Assembly: GCA_040954595.2 (NCBI GenBank)
Contig: CM082580.2
Span: 734,783 to 798,782, forward strand
From: Balanoglossus misakiensis
Lineage: Eukaryota > Animalia > Hemichordata
DNA length: 64,000 bases
Direction: 5' to 3'
Positions within the stretch are counted from its first letter, which is position 1. Each line of letters begins with the position of its first letter. Position numbers and translations under genes: made by a program. This document shows positions 34,673-46,959 of this stretch, one piece after another. The notes beneath the pieces were generated by a model. The model ran no database searches. It worked only from the letters and a program-made list of their open reading frames with translations, and had not been told where the DNA came from.

Positions 34673-37600
34673 ATGTGGGGCAAACTATTCAACAGGAGTA
34701 GCGCACTTCTTAAAAGTTTGTCTATTGTTATGCCGAATAGAAAAGGGAAAAGTTACTTCAACATAGGCCAGTGGGCAAAGGACCAAAAGATAGCGAGACA
34801 GGTAGCTGAAGAGAAGTGTTTACAACAACTATATCAGGAGAAATTGAAGACTAGATCTTTGTCTGGGAGCGTGGCCAACAACCTATTGGTAGTTAGAACA
34901 AAGAGAGGACAGACTAAACACAGGTTTAACTTAGGAGAGTGGTGTAGACAGAGAAAGAGAAAGAGAGATGAGGAAGAAAGCATAATTCAGGATAAGTTGA
35001 ATAAGTTGAGTGCAGCTAGGAGACTAGTAAAAAGATCCTCAACCCAGCTAGCTAGACTAGAGAAGAAGAACAGTAAGATTTGTGAGATCTTAGCTACAAA
35101 GAATAATAAGAGAAAGGTAAGCTAGATCAGATAAATAGACTTAGTCATAATTTTAAAAATCTCAGATTTGTATAAATCCTCTTCAAATTTTAGCCCAAAT
35201 TCGCTTTTTGAACTTCATGTCACATGATCCTGTGTAAACAATGATAACAAAATGGGTTCAGCTTTGATGCAAAACATCTAGGTTTTCCAACAAACTATGT
35301 ATATTTTTTAGGATTTTTATTGCAGAAGTTGTCAGAAAAATACAGGCTACACGTGTGTATTTCTTATCAAGGACATTTAAATTAATGATTAACTTGTAAG
35401 AAGATTTTATTTTATATATAATGATTATATTCTAATTAGTATATATTTATCACACACTTAATCTTTCAGATTCCTGTTGATGTTGTTAATGTGAAACGCT
35501 CTAAATGGGTCCACAAGAACACTGAAGTATGTGCAGATAATAGTGAATCTTTGAAGCTGTCGCGACGTCAACAGTATGAACGTAGGTGTGAAACCTTATC
35601 AGCAGCCATAAATATTCATGTAGCAACTACAGATGTAAGCCCAGCCAAAGGTATAAATAAACCGAATGTACTACATCCACCAAAAGCAGCACTTGATGGT
35701 TTGTGGTATACTCTTGTTAATTCTGCCACTCCTGACCAAATGAAAACATTCTTCAGAACCTCTCCCCAAATCAGTAAAAAAGTAATGCCATCAGTATTTG
35801 ATAAATACATCAGTAAATTTGAGAAAAGTGAGAACAATTTGGTGAGGAGTGTCAGAACTATGTATGAGGGCGGAGTACTATCCAAACGAAAATATAACTG
35901 TCTGAGGCAGAGTGAACTTCAGATGTTCTCCAACTTGAAACATCCTAGGAAAGCAGTAGAAATTCATTCTGGCTGTAGAATACCAAGACTGCTCCCATAC
36001 ACAAAAGTTGTACAGTATGTAAGTAACCTTGACATTGGAAATCTTGAGCCAATTATATCATCTGAAGGCAAACAAGTCGGCTTAAAAAGAAACCCTGAGG
36101 AGTTGCTTATTAAGATTGCCAGTTTATATTTAAATATGGGGGAAACACAGCCTGATATTCTTAACTGGTTCGGTAAACAGGAGGGCTCATTTCAAATCAG
36201 TATAGGTGCTGACGGGGCTCCGTTTGGCAAACATGGACAGGCCACTGCATGGCTAGTTAGTTTCTTGAATGTGACCCACCGTGTTGCTAGCCCAGACCAC
36301 AATTTTCTCCTATTAGGGGCAAACATAAAAGAGGATGACCCCATAATGATTGAATTTGCAATTGCATTGTCAAAAGACCTTGAGTGTATTGAGAAACGTA
36401 AATATAAAGTTGGCAGTCTTGATGTAACTTTTCAGGTGTCACTTTTACCCTTTGATCAGAAGGGATTGGCCAGTGTGTCTGGAGAACTAAGCAATGCAGC
36501 AAAGTATTTCAGCTCATTTGCTAACGTTCCAAAAATGATATTGATTGTATTGGAGCAGAAATTGGCCCAGGTAAGAAGTGGGATGAATGGAAATATCAGA
36601 AAAGAATTAAAGATGCAGAAGCTGTTGAAAAGTTGAAGTCAACTAAGAAAATTAAAACTGGAAAGCCCAAAACAGTGCGACCCAAAATCACACAATTTAT
36701 AGCCAGTCTGAGGTCAAGACAGGAATTTGTACCACCGTTGGGTAGATTTATTGATTGTGCCAAGGCTGAGCCATTGCATTTAAAGAACAATGCATGGCAA
36801 TACTACTTCCAACGATTACTGATTGACGCAGTTGCCCACACTTCGGAAAAGGGTCGTGAAAATGGAGTTAAAATTGAGAATCTACCTAACGAGTCATATC
36901 TGTACAAATTCCTGTCTGCCCTAAAATATCAAGTAAAAGCTGGAAAGTTGTATAATAAGATTGTAAAATACTTCAATGAAAATAGTGTCAAGTCAAATGC
37001 CAACATTAATGTGGTTTATCGCTTCACTGGTGAGGAGTCTCGCAAACTTGCTTGGCATTTCATAGGATTGGTATTAGCATTGAGAAGCGATACAGACAGA
37101 CCAAAGCGTCGGGCTCAATTAGCTCTCTACACATATACTGGTATCTTGCTTAGAGATATCACTTTGTTATTCTCACGATTCAACATAAATGAGGGAGATT
37201 TGCTTGTACTTAGGCATAAGTGTCGGTGGTACTTTAATCTACATTCCCTGTTTCTGAATGTCAATAATACTGTGTGGCACATTGGTTATGTAGTCCCAAA
37301 ACACACCACTAGTATCTATAAGCAATTCAGTCTGGGATTAGGCCTAAACACAATGGAAGGCAGAGAGGCAAAGCATCTACGCCTGCTAGAATTCAGTGAA
37401 AATTCTACACCTCAAAATAGGTGGGCCCTCATATTTCGACACGAATATGTGATGCTTTTTTGGCTGAGGAACAAAAGTCCAAAAGCTGACAACTATAGAA
37501 ATGCAAATGTAGGTCAATTTGAGCTTAAAGAAAAAGAAAAATACATTCCCAGTCGATATTATGAGAATGCAGGCTACTGTATGTGTGGCAATTTAAAAAA

Positions 37601-37710
37601 ATGAAACAATGACTGCCTGTGAAATATGTGTTGACCCAATTATGGATGACATAAAAAAAGCAGCTGTCACTGGTAAAATATCAAATAAACTCAAGAAACT
37701 TATGCTGTGA
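34673..37710 (+). pseudogene. Spliced RAG1/Transib/Chapaev-related DDE transposase with two single-base frameshifts
   Basis: Exon 34673-35116 (AAG|GTAAG) joins in frame to 35470 (TTTCAG|ATT). Motifs GADG, PFDQK, EPLH, RFTGEE, GLNTMEGREAKH parallel RAG1 CDG, GYDEK, DALH and GAWASEGNESGNK. Frameshifts near 36528 and 37598; restored C-terminus CMCG...CEIC, stop at 37708-37710. Confidence 0.75.
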
Positions 37711-38562
37711 ACAATGATTGAATTTGAAACAGTGGATTGTGTCACTGTGTGCTACTTTAGAATTAAAGGATAACTATAGTATTAATTACATTACAGAATT
37801 ATAAAGACTCATCTGTAGTTGAGAGCTGCATTTAATAAAAATGGAGATCACAAATCACATGAATTCACACTTTTTGAACTGGAGATGATATGTTTCTTAT
37901 GGGATTTTGTATATGTGTGCATGTATGGGGACAGGGAAATTGAAACTTATCTTACCACTATTAAGTATTGTGAATAAACCCTTAATCGTATAGTGATTGC
38001 AGTGCTTTGCAAAATTAAAATGTATGACATACATAAGCTTGATAGAAAAGTTTTACATTTTTCTTGAGGAGTTGTTTATTCTGCACCTGCACGAAATTTT
38101 AATGAATTTGTGAAAAAATAAAGAATTAAGTCTCATCAAATTCTTGATATTTATAAATTTTGTCATGGAATTAATTGTAAATATTAATTAAATTTAGACC
38201 AGAAATCCTGGTTAACTGTTAGATGAGCAGTTTTGATTGACTTATCAATGTTGATTGTAGGTAACATACATTTTTTTCTGAAACTAATGAAAAATCTATG
38301 TTACAATAATGATGGAAAAAAAGAATTTTACAGTTTAGGAAATTTTGTAAACATTATCTGTTCATTTGTATTGAATGTAGATAAATAAAGACAAGTGATG
38401 AATTTTTGAGTCTTCTAATTTTCCTTTTTTTATTTGAATATATGTCAATTGTGAGAGGACTGTCTTGACAGACTGATACATCTACACTGAACAACATGTG
38501 CCACAGATCAGGAAAAAAATGTTCCTCAGATGGGTTGAATCAGTGTGAAAAATCAATAGGGT

Positions 38563-39213
38563 TCAGTTCTCTGGATGTAATGGAATTCCATGTTTGTTCC
38601 AGGCACCAAAGCTGAATCTAACAGCAACAGTCTCCCTGTTGATAAAATATTTCACAACACAGGGCTTCTCAGGTGTGAATATAACAGCTACCCTCTTTCC
38701 ACGGACTTTCTTCTCTAGGATATTCTCTGTATGCTGACCGATAGCGCCCTCGTAGCAATAACCTTTCCGTATCACATACAATAGCTTCAAGGAACTTTTG
38801 AAGGTCAAGGTTATGATAGCCCTGGAGGTCTTCTCGTCGATACCAAAACCGGTCTGAGTAGCAAACTGATGAAAAACATCAAATACTTCCCTCGGCATTT
38901 GTCGTGTAAAGCTGCTTTGCCATGGTGACCTTAACGACGGGGATGTTGACAGCCGAGCGTAGAAGGTCTTCTGCCAGTAGGTCATATCACGCTGAAACAT
39001 GGGAAATACGGCGACGTCACGCCAACGAATCTTGTCCTTTGACAGCTTGTCGTTTCGAAATATGGCCCTTGTTGTCACATCCTCAAGTTCATCAAAGAGT
39101 GGGTGTATATACAGATTGTCCGACACGCATTTTTTACGTTTAAGCACAGATTTTGCCTCTCGCAATTTGCGTTTTATAACTTTCTCGGCATCGATCAACA
39201 CGGGCGCCGCCAT
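38563..39213 (-). CDS. Hypothetical 216-aa basic protein, second gene of the transposon
   Basis: Intact ORF starting 85 bp inside the right end, strong start context CCAAGATGGCGGCG, convergent with the transposase across an AT-rich 3' region. No recognisable domain and no kelch repeats. Confidence 0.72.
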   Translation of the reverse strand: MAAPVLIDAEKVIKRKLREAKSVLKRKKCVSDNLYIHPLFDELEDVTTRAIFRNDKLSKDKIRWRDVAVFPMFQRDMTYWQKTFYARLSTSPSLRSPWQSSFTRQMPREVFDVFHQFATQTGFGIDEKTSRAIITLTFKSSLKLLYVIRKGYCYEGAIGQHTENILEKKVRGKRVAVIFTPEKPCVVKYFINRETVAVRFSFGAWNKHGIPLHPEN

Positions 39214-39297
39214 CTTGGCAATGCGTTGCTATGGTGAACATGGGAGCTCGCGCTTCGCGGAATACTGCCCAACATAGCTCTAGTATTTCCCGCAGTG

Positions 39298-41110
39298 TGT
39301 AACAGCTTTTCACCAAATTGGACCATTGGCGAATTGAACTCTCTGTACAGGATCCCATCTTTCATGATGAACTTCAACCTACCTCCATTCCTAGTCACTT
39401 TCTCGTCACCCAAAATTGCCTTCTCACGTAGTTTGTCAAGAGTGGAGTCTTCTTCTTGAGCTTGTTGAAGCTTCCCTGGCATCACCACTTCACCAACAGC
39501 TTTAGGTACTTTAAGCTCTCTAATTGGTTTTTGGTTGGCTATCTTCTGGGCTCTGGTCTCCACAGCATTTGCTAAACCTGGTACCTGTCCAACAGTTGTA
39601 CACAGTCTACATGTCGGCAATGGTTCCTGCCATGTAGTATCAGGATTCGAAGGGTCAGATACACCATCAATGTTGCCCAGTATTAAATCATACACATGGT
39701 TCATCATGCACAGTGCAGTAACATCACCAACAAAGTAAGGGGTATCAACTTTTATAGAGGCTACAGGTACTCTTCTAATAGTCCCATCTATCAGAACACA
39801 CGTCCTGTACTCACCAGTCAGCTGATTACTTGACACCAGACTTCTTCGAACTACCACGCTACTACACCCACTATCACGCAAAACGCTAACCAGCTTACCA
39901 TCGAGCAATCCCTTCATTACCGGCATCTTCTTCACTCCATGGGCACTACAAGCAGCACTCATCACTGGGAGCTTATGACCACATGGTAACACGAACTCCT
40001 TATTCAGTGTTGCATCTGTTTTATCTATTTCCATTGCTACCACCATACATGCATAACCAGTGTCTAGTCCCCTGGGCTGTTGACGGTTGCCCCAATGTGT
40101 ACATTCTTGTTTAGGTGGATAGTTTCTATCTTCTTCAGTTAACAATACCGCCGTCTTATGCATCTTTGGCTTACTTCTACAATCTTTGGCCATATGACCA
40201 CCTTTACCACATACGAAGCACGTACCTTTAAAAACATGGGAACCATTGGTTTTGTTATTAAACTTATTTACTTGATTTGGATATACAGCAGGCTTGGTAT
40301 TTGCTGTCGGCTGGCTCCTTGGATTATTCTTGGCATTACTTGGCAGTTTCCACCACCCTCGGGCATCTAAGTATTTTGAGGCAGTAGATACCATCTCTTG
40401 GACATTCTCTGGCCGTCGCTCTCTAATGAACATTGCCATGTCTCTGGAACATACTCCAATAAACTGCTCTCGAAGTAACAGATCTGTAAGCCCATTGTAC
40501 GTCTTTGGAGTACCAGCCAGTTCTACCCATCTGCCCAAATAGTCACCAATACGGTCCATAAACTTTTGAGCACTTTCATCATAATGTGGCATACACGAAC
40601 GGAACTTGTCATGAAAACTCTCCTCACTTAACTGGTAAGCCCTCAATAACTCTGGTTTCAATTCATCATAATTATTTGCAGACGCTGCAGGCATTTGGTT
40701 GTATGTGGATACATCCTTACCTTGTAACAATATGCACTGAGATTCACCCCCAGTCATCTTTTTCCCACTTCTGAGCAGTGGCGTAGCGCTGAAAACGTTG
40801 AAGGTACGCATCCATATCATCAACATCCTCACGAAAACCCTGTAGTCTCGGAGCACGCGCTTTGGCCAAATTATTTTCAGTAACCTGCTGTTCTGTATTT
40901 TCCCCTTTCAATTTTAATTCTTGTAAGTGAATTTGCATTTTCAGTATCTCTCTCTCATGTTCCTCGCGCCGCCTATTATCTTCTCTCTGCTCCTCTCTCT
41001 CAGTAGCCCTAAGATCCCTCTGTCTAATTTGTTCCTCTCTAACATAATCTTTTAAAGCAGTCCCTTCCAACCCAAATTTTCTCCCTATCTTAGATATTCT
41101 TTCTGCATAT
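39298..41110 (-). pseudogene. Gmr1-type gag and protease, frameshifted near 40745
   Basis: DMDAYLQRFQRYA...W, LLREQF, CCHC knuckle CFVCGKGGHMAKDC, protease LRDSGC; in frame with the integrase once the insertion is removed. Confidence 0.88.
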
Positions 41111-41390
41111 ATGCTTTGCTGTATCGCGATTTACAACCCCCAGTTTGACAACCCCTAGCAGTACAGGGCATTCAGCACAAGTCAACACAGCCAAACGCAC
41201 GACGCAAACCAACACGGCCCATATTATATAGCAGGAAACCACAAGCGCACATACAGTAACAGTACCAGCCTACAGACCCAGCACCGTCTTCACAATTTGC
41301 AGAATCTCTACCTATCAAAACCATGGTCTCCACTATATGGCAACAATTTATGATAGTATACAAACAAATGCACAACAAAACGATAAAACT

Positions 41391-41408
41391 CCCGGACGAG
41401 CCCCCAAA
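41391..41408 (-). promoter_or_regulatory. Primer-binding site, tRNA-Pro type
   Basis: Minus strand reads TTTGGGGGCTCGTCCGGG immediately after the LTR end TGACA. Confidence 0.88.
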
Positions 41409-42705
41409 TGTCAGAGGTGGAGGGCACCCCTCTGATTCCAGGATAAATATTGAGCAGCTCTCAGTGCCAAGGAGTAAACATCCGTGGATAAGGTATGGGG
41501 AGAAACTACACAAACCAGTGCGGATACAATAATACAGTTGATTTAATTTAAATCAATTAAATAATATAAAGATAATACTAGGAATATAATTTTTGTGCAC
41601 AATATGCACAATATCAAATGTCTCTGTCCTAACCAATTTAGCAGGTACAGGTATGCTGATACAATTGGTCATACAATACAATGGGTTACTTAATATATTA
41701 CATAAATGAATATATTCACAATATCACTATAGTTTATTGTCTATTGCATATTGTCTAAACAATGGTAAGTGTCACTTAGCTGTATATAACATTCATAGTA
41801 AACAATCATGATTCAACCACAATATGGGATGGAGTCCTGTATAGATGAACGATGTAGCGACGATCCACATTACACATACAATCTGTGATACACCATGTTT
41901 TCTACCACTTGTAGTCCTCCAGTAGTCAAGTAAACACACTGAAGACTGACTTGTTAGATGCAAGTCTTGGGTTAAATGGCTGAATGAAAAATCAACAAAC
42001 ATTGACTGAAATGTCCACCTTAGCAACTGTTCACAAATGAATACTGACGTTTCTCAATAATAATTATCAGAAATTTGGACTAGTTAAAGCGTCATGATTA
42101 CATGTGATATCATGGAAAATTATGCTTTAACTATGACCGTCCTATTACTTACAAATTGTCGAATTTGACATAAATATCCATAAAATATAAATTTAAGTTA
42201 TAGTAAATAAATAAACAAATACATTACTTACACGAGAATTCTTCACCACACTTCATGCTCAGCAATACCGGGTCTATAGGATGGTTCCACAGAACTCTGC
42301 TTGGAGCAATTTCCAGCCACACCACATACGACCATGCCAGCCACGCCAATCGCCCGACCACACCGGTTTGCACTGAATAAGCACAATTCTGCTTTCTAGA
42401 AGTACTGAATTTACTTCCACTCGAATTGCAGAAACAGTGGTCCTGAGAGCACTAATGCGCGCTACAGCATTACATGGACACAGCAAGGTATGGTGCAATA
42501 TTTCCCCTAGTATTTCTACTCACTGAGCAGGGAGACCCGACTTGTTGCTCCCTTCAAGACCTAAATTGAAGTGTGCTCTCTTACTACACGAAACTTAGCT
42601 AACGAAGCCCTATTCATTAACATGACAATACACGGTGTCACTACACCTGAAATTATGCGGGCACCTGGGTTTCCACTGACTCCAGTACTACCTAATTATA
42701 TGACA
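41409..42705 (-). repeat. 5' LTR of the Gmr1-type element (~1.3 kb)
   Basis: TGTCA...TGACA ends. The outer flank AGTTGGGACCGACAGTCGAGACCCA also occurs at ~25790 without an LTR, supporting the boundary. Confidence 0.78.
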
Positions 42706-42919
42706 AGTTGGGACCGACAGTCGAGACCCATACAGCATTACAATCAACAAATAGTAAAAAAAATAAAAAAGTAAACAAAAAACAGGAAAACATTTTAAAA
42801 ATACGAATAAAATTATGAAACTACTAAAAAAACAAAACAAAAACAAAAACAACACAAAAACACAAAACAACAAGCGAGGTCAATAAAGATTAACGCTTAC
42901 AAAGATAGAAAAAGTAAGA

Positions 42920-44888
42920 CTGTTGTGATTATTGCTGGAATAGGCAATGTTTTAATCTACCTGCAAATACTGGTGTGACAAAGATTGTCGGCCAGTCAAC
43001 ATCACCAACGATATTAACAATATAAAAATAAATAAAATTTCAACGATTCAACTTCTTTTCTAGCTTCCTATCTGGATAGTTTGTTTTATTTTACTCTAAA
43101 GATCACCTTTCTTCTAGGCCACGTGGCAAGAGACGTTTTCAACTTCTACTATCATCGATGCGAGAGTACTATAGTATTCTCATATACACAGACAAAGGCC
43201 ACCAAAATAAGAGAATCATTTGGTCAAATGGTAGAGGGCGCAAAAACAGATATTTCAAATGACAAAATTTTCCGATAAACGTGTTTAATCAAATCAAACT
43301 GTGCTCAATGGTATTCTTGCAAAAATTGAATACACATGAAACAAAATACAGCAACTGCCATGAACAACAAGTTTATTCATGACAAAATTCAATTTTTTTA
43401 ATCAGTGATTTCCATTATCAGCTGAAAACTAAAATTAGATTGTCATCTTGAACAGTATAAAATCAGCGAGCAATTAGACATTAAGTACCCAGCATACTAA
43501 AATAAAACCATGTAAACATGCACAATTAGATAATCAAAGATTTTTTATTTATTCACCATGATGTTTTTAATTTATGTCAAATCAAAGTACTTGAAGTTAT
43601 GGAAGATCAATTAAAATAGAAAACTGTAATTTTAATGGCTCGGTAATGTATCCAATTTCTGCCCAATATATGAAATTTCCGAGTCAGCAACTGGAGAATT
43701 CGTGGGGAAAATATTTACGTGATGTGTAACAGAATTCACTTGGAAGTAAGGAGTTTTTGTAAAATCAACATGCATATTACAATTTATTTGTAAAAACTTG
43801 ATTGGCAATGGAAAATTGGCGTTTAAATATATAGTACTTCAAGATGAACAGATAAAATATAAGTTATTACAGATGTCATTTTACGACAACAAGGAATGTT
43901 CAATCGTTCTTTAATATCTTTAATGATACCAGGTCAAAGGTCACCTTTGCAAATTCAACCACTGGTACCATAGCCATTTCAAATGTAGCCAAAAGTGCGC
44001 CACCACTTTCTTCAAACATACTGAAACCATCTACAGGTTACTGTAGTCCTATATCTCTTGGCATCCATGGCAGTTTAGCTAGACATGAGCTGGCAAGGGG
44101 TGACCTGCAAGCTTTGAACTCTGGCTTCGGTAATGTCGACTCTGGCTCTGGCATATACTTGCAGGTCCATATGACCTTGGGGTGAACATGGTCATGAAGA
44201 AATAAATAGAATCTGTTTGGTACATTGTCAACTTCATTTTAAACTTTCAAAAAAATAACAATATGGTGAGTAATGTTTTTGTTGTTTTCAAAGAGACTCA
44301 CCATACACTTTAGTAAATCAAAGACTTGAAAAAGTTTTGAGGACTATCATTTGTCTGAATCTCGGACCGCGAGGCACATACTACCTTAAATAGTTTCACT
44401 CGCAGCTTCTTGTGGGCAGTTTCTCCTTGCGTACCTGTACAGACACACCAGGAGACCGATCCCGATGAACAACGACACCCACATGAAAACATTCAAGCGT
44501 CTGGTCACACCCATTTCCGTCAAACAAGAACATGAATGAAACTGCGGAGGAAGAGAACGGGAGAGTGCCCATTAACCCTGTAATGGCCAATCATTTACTG
44601 GCACAAGGTTCAGGATGTACGATCACTGGAGTTGAAAATAAGGTCATGGATTTGAAAATCATTTTGAGTTATGAAATTGAAATACATATTTTTCATTGTG
44701 GATTCTCCGACATAAATATTATCAAAATCAATAAGGGTTGGCTTTTTAATTTATGACATATAACGCCATGAATCTAGCCCATTAATACAAAGGCAATACT
44801 TAAACACATTTCGGGGTAGCGTTATGACAACTTGAAGAAAGTATGAATACAAACTTTCTAAAGTAATATTTTAAAGGTTGGCGTATTG
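42920..44888 (+). repeat. Segmental duplication A, copy 2
   Basis: Colinear with 26124-28091. Confidence 0.93.
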
Positions 44889-44891
44889 CTT

Positions 44892-45960
44892 AGCATAATC
44901 ATTTTTCCGTTTGCTGTGACATTTGTCTCCCTGTGAGAGTTTAAGTAAATGTAGAGTCACGCAAATTAGGCAACATCAATATCCCATACGTAATTCAGTG
45001 TGTTTTGTTCGCATTTTTGGTTTTCATTTTGAAAATGAACAAAGGACTTTCCTATCATTGACCAACACTCGTATGAATACATCCAAATTACCCAACTTTA
45101 ATTTTCCTTAAAGAATTGGTCAGCTCTGCGAATATATTTCACCTGACCACTTCCTTTGCTAAGGAAGAGTGTTGTTTATGTAATAATATTTTTATAATAT
45201 TTATAACTTATGTAGCACATTAAATCTCAACGTGCTTTAAGTTGTCCCATGGTCATTTGAGCTAGGATGTTGGACCTAAATATTCCATTCAACTCCCTGG
45301 GGAGCAAACAACATCTCACCATCATTAGAAATGCCAAATTACAGTGCTTTTGGCCACGTATTAACCTGGGGATTTACAGTTAACTTTAAATACACACGCA
45401 TATGCATTTAATCCCCATGTGAGGGACAAAGTCTCTCTCTCGCTGCCCTTTTCCCATATTATATTTGATAAGAGACACCGTTTGTTATTCTACATGTGGA
45501 TATATAGCGAATGAACGTTCAACCACACACAACTTCCATCCCTCTTATAGACAGGAGAGTGAAAAACTCGCCAAAATGAATAATCGTTCTTTACCATTTA
45601 TTCATTTTGGGCGAGTTTTTACTCTCATATCGTACAAACGAGACGGAAGTTGTGTGTGGTCGAATGTTGATTCACCATATATCCACATGTAGAATAACAT
45701 CAATGGCGTCTTGTATCATACATAATTAATTGAAAAAAGGCAGCGATGAGAGACTTTGCCCCTTTAAACAATTGGTCAGCTCTGCGAATATAGTTCACCT
45801 GACCACTTCCTTTGCTAAGTAAGAGTGTTGTTTATGTAATAATATCAATATAATATTTATTACTTATATAGCACATTATGCAATAAATCTCAATGTGCTG
45901 CTTTGAAGTGTTTCCCATGGTAATTTGACCTAGGTCGTTGGACCTAAAATATTCCATTCC
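44892..45960 (+). repeat. Duplicated block B (related copies at ~48997-49520 and 62927-64000)
   Basis: TCATTTTTCCGTTTGCTGTGACATTTGTCTCC... begins all three copies; the 45-kb and 63-kb copies share the same MITE. Confidence 0.88.
45422..45763. mobile_element. Kolobok/T2-type palindromic MITE
   Basis: AGGGACAAAGTCTCTC...GAGACTTTGCCCCT|TTAA; the left TTAA is missing (flank deleted relative to the 63.5-kb copy). Confidence 0.85.
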
Positions 45961-46190
45961 ACTCCATGGGGAGCAAACAACAGCTCACATGTGCAGCTTT
46001 TATATCAGCAAAGCAGACCTATACATACACATTACAATATCCGATCCACCAAATTACCCTTTTCTTATAGGCGGGGAGAGGCAAGGAGATGTAAATTGCC
46101 TTGCCAGAGGACACAACACCACAACCATGCCAGGGATCAAACTCTTGATTCTTTGATTATGGGTCTGATGCTCTAACCACTGGACTATGA
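45840..46190 (-). mobile_element. tRNA-derived SINE, degenerate
   Basis: Minus strand: A-box-like TAGTCCAGTGGTTAGAGCAT, B-box-like GAGTTTGATCCC, core GTGTCCTCTGGCAAGGCAATTTAC, tail ...GTGCTATATAAGTAATAAAT resembling L2-type 3' ends. Confidence 0.7.
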
Positions 46191-46959
46191 CATTAATTTG
46201 AGGCCATCGCTTTCGTCAATTTCCCTGCGCTCCCCCTGGTAGTTTACGTCCAGTCCCTTACTTGTAATTGTCTTTGTTTGGCAACTGCAGGCCAAAAAGT
46301 TTTACTACCATGAATAAATCTACCCTAATCGATTATTCATAAAAGTACAACGTTTTTTTTTTGGAACTACTGTCGACATTGTAAAAACCCCAGGTAGTAA
46401 CTTGGGGGTGAAACAAGGCAACTCTCAGTAGCTCCTGGGAACAGTTCAATTTCATGGTCATATCATTAAATGTGCTGGTCCAGTGAAAAAAAAAGGGTCT
46501 CATGAACGTTCCCCAATTCATGACTCATCGCCAAGGTCCTTGGAATGAAGCACATTTTAAAACAGGCAACTGGTCTGGTCTTTTGCTTTGTCAACTTTCG
46601 ACAAGCTTTAGCCGTGCATGCCCTGTAAGTCACAATGCACATTAGACATCAACATTACTTTAGAACATGGTGAATTTCACACAGTGTGTAGGTTATATTA
46701 TTGACTGCTACAATATTTTCAGTGTTTGGGTGTAAAATGAACCCAGGTAGCTGGCAGTTGAAACACTACTGAACAAACAGTTTCATGTCAATGTAATCCA
46801 GACATTATCACTGAAGAGGTGTGAACGAGCGAAGACATTCAGGAGGCTCCTCTGTGCAAACACTGCCCTTGGCTACCAGCTGTGAAGTGATATGATAGAA
46901 TTGTACCACATCAACTAGCAAGGCCCTGCACTGTAAGATGTTAAGTGTTATTTTTTGTG

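Larger units (their letters stand above)
33824..39297 (+). mobile_element. CAC-ended DNA transposon with RAG1/Transib-like transposase and a convergent second gene
   Basis: Ends CACTACAG... and ...CGCAGTG; TSD TGT (33821-33823 and 39298-39300). Removing the element restores the Gypsy frame EKLLQVVVPR. Confidence 0.88.
31812..42705 (-). mobile_element. Gmr1-type Gypsy LTR retrotransposon (gag-PR-IN-RT), degenerate, 3'-truncated, interrupted by a DNA transposon
   Basis: Integrase precedes a Gypsy-type RT; single LTR at 41409-42705; tRNA-Pro PBS; RNase H and 3' LTR absent. Confidence 0.9.

Noticed and set aside
34673-37710. Naming the transposase RAG1
   Set aside because: No RING or other RAG1 N-terminal domains seen, zinc ligands differ and the TSD is 3 bp rather than 5; only a family-level relationship is supportable.
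38563-39213. RAG2-like gene
   Set aside because: Too short, with no kelch GG repeats or PHD finger; position alone is insufficient.
45422-45763. KolobokP-type solo long terminal direct repeat
   Set aside because: The unit is palindromic throughout and only one arm matches the autonomous end, which fits a MITE.
46120-46190. tRNA gene
   Set aside because: Degenerate boxes continuous with a SINE core and tail; no proper cloverleaf.
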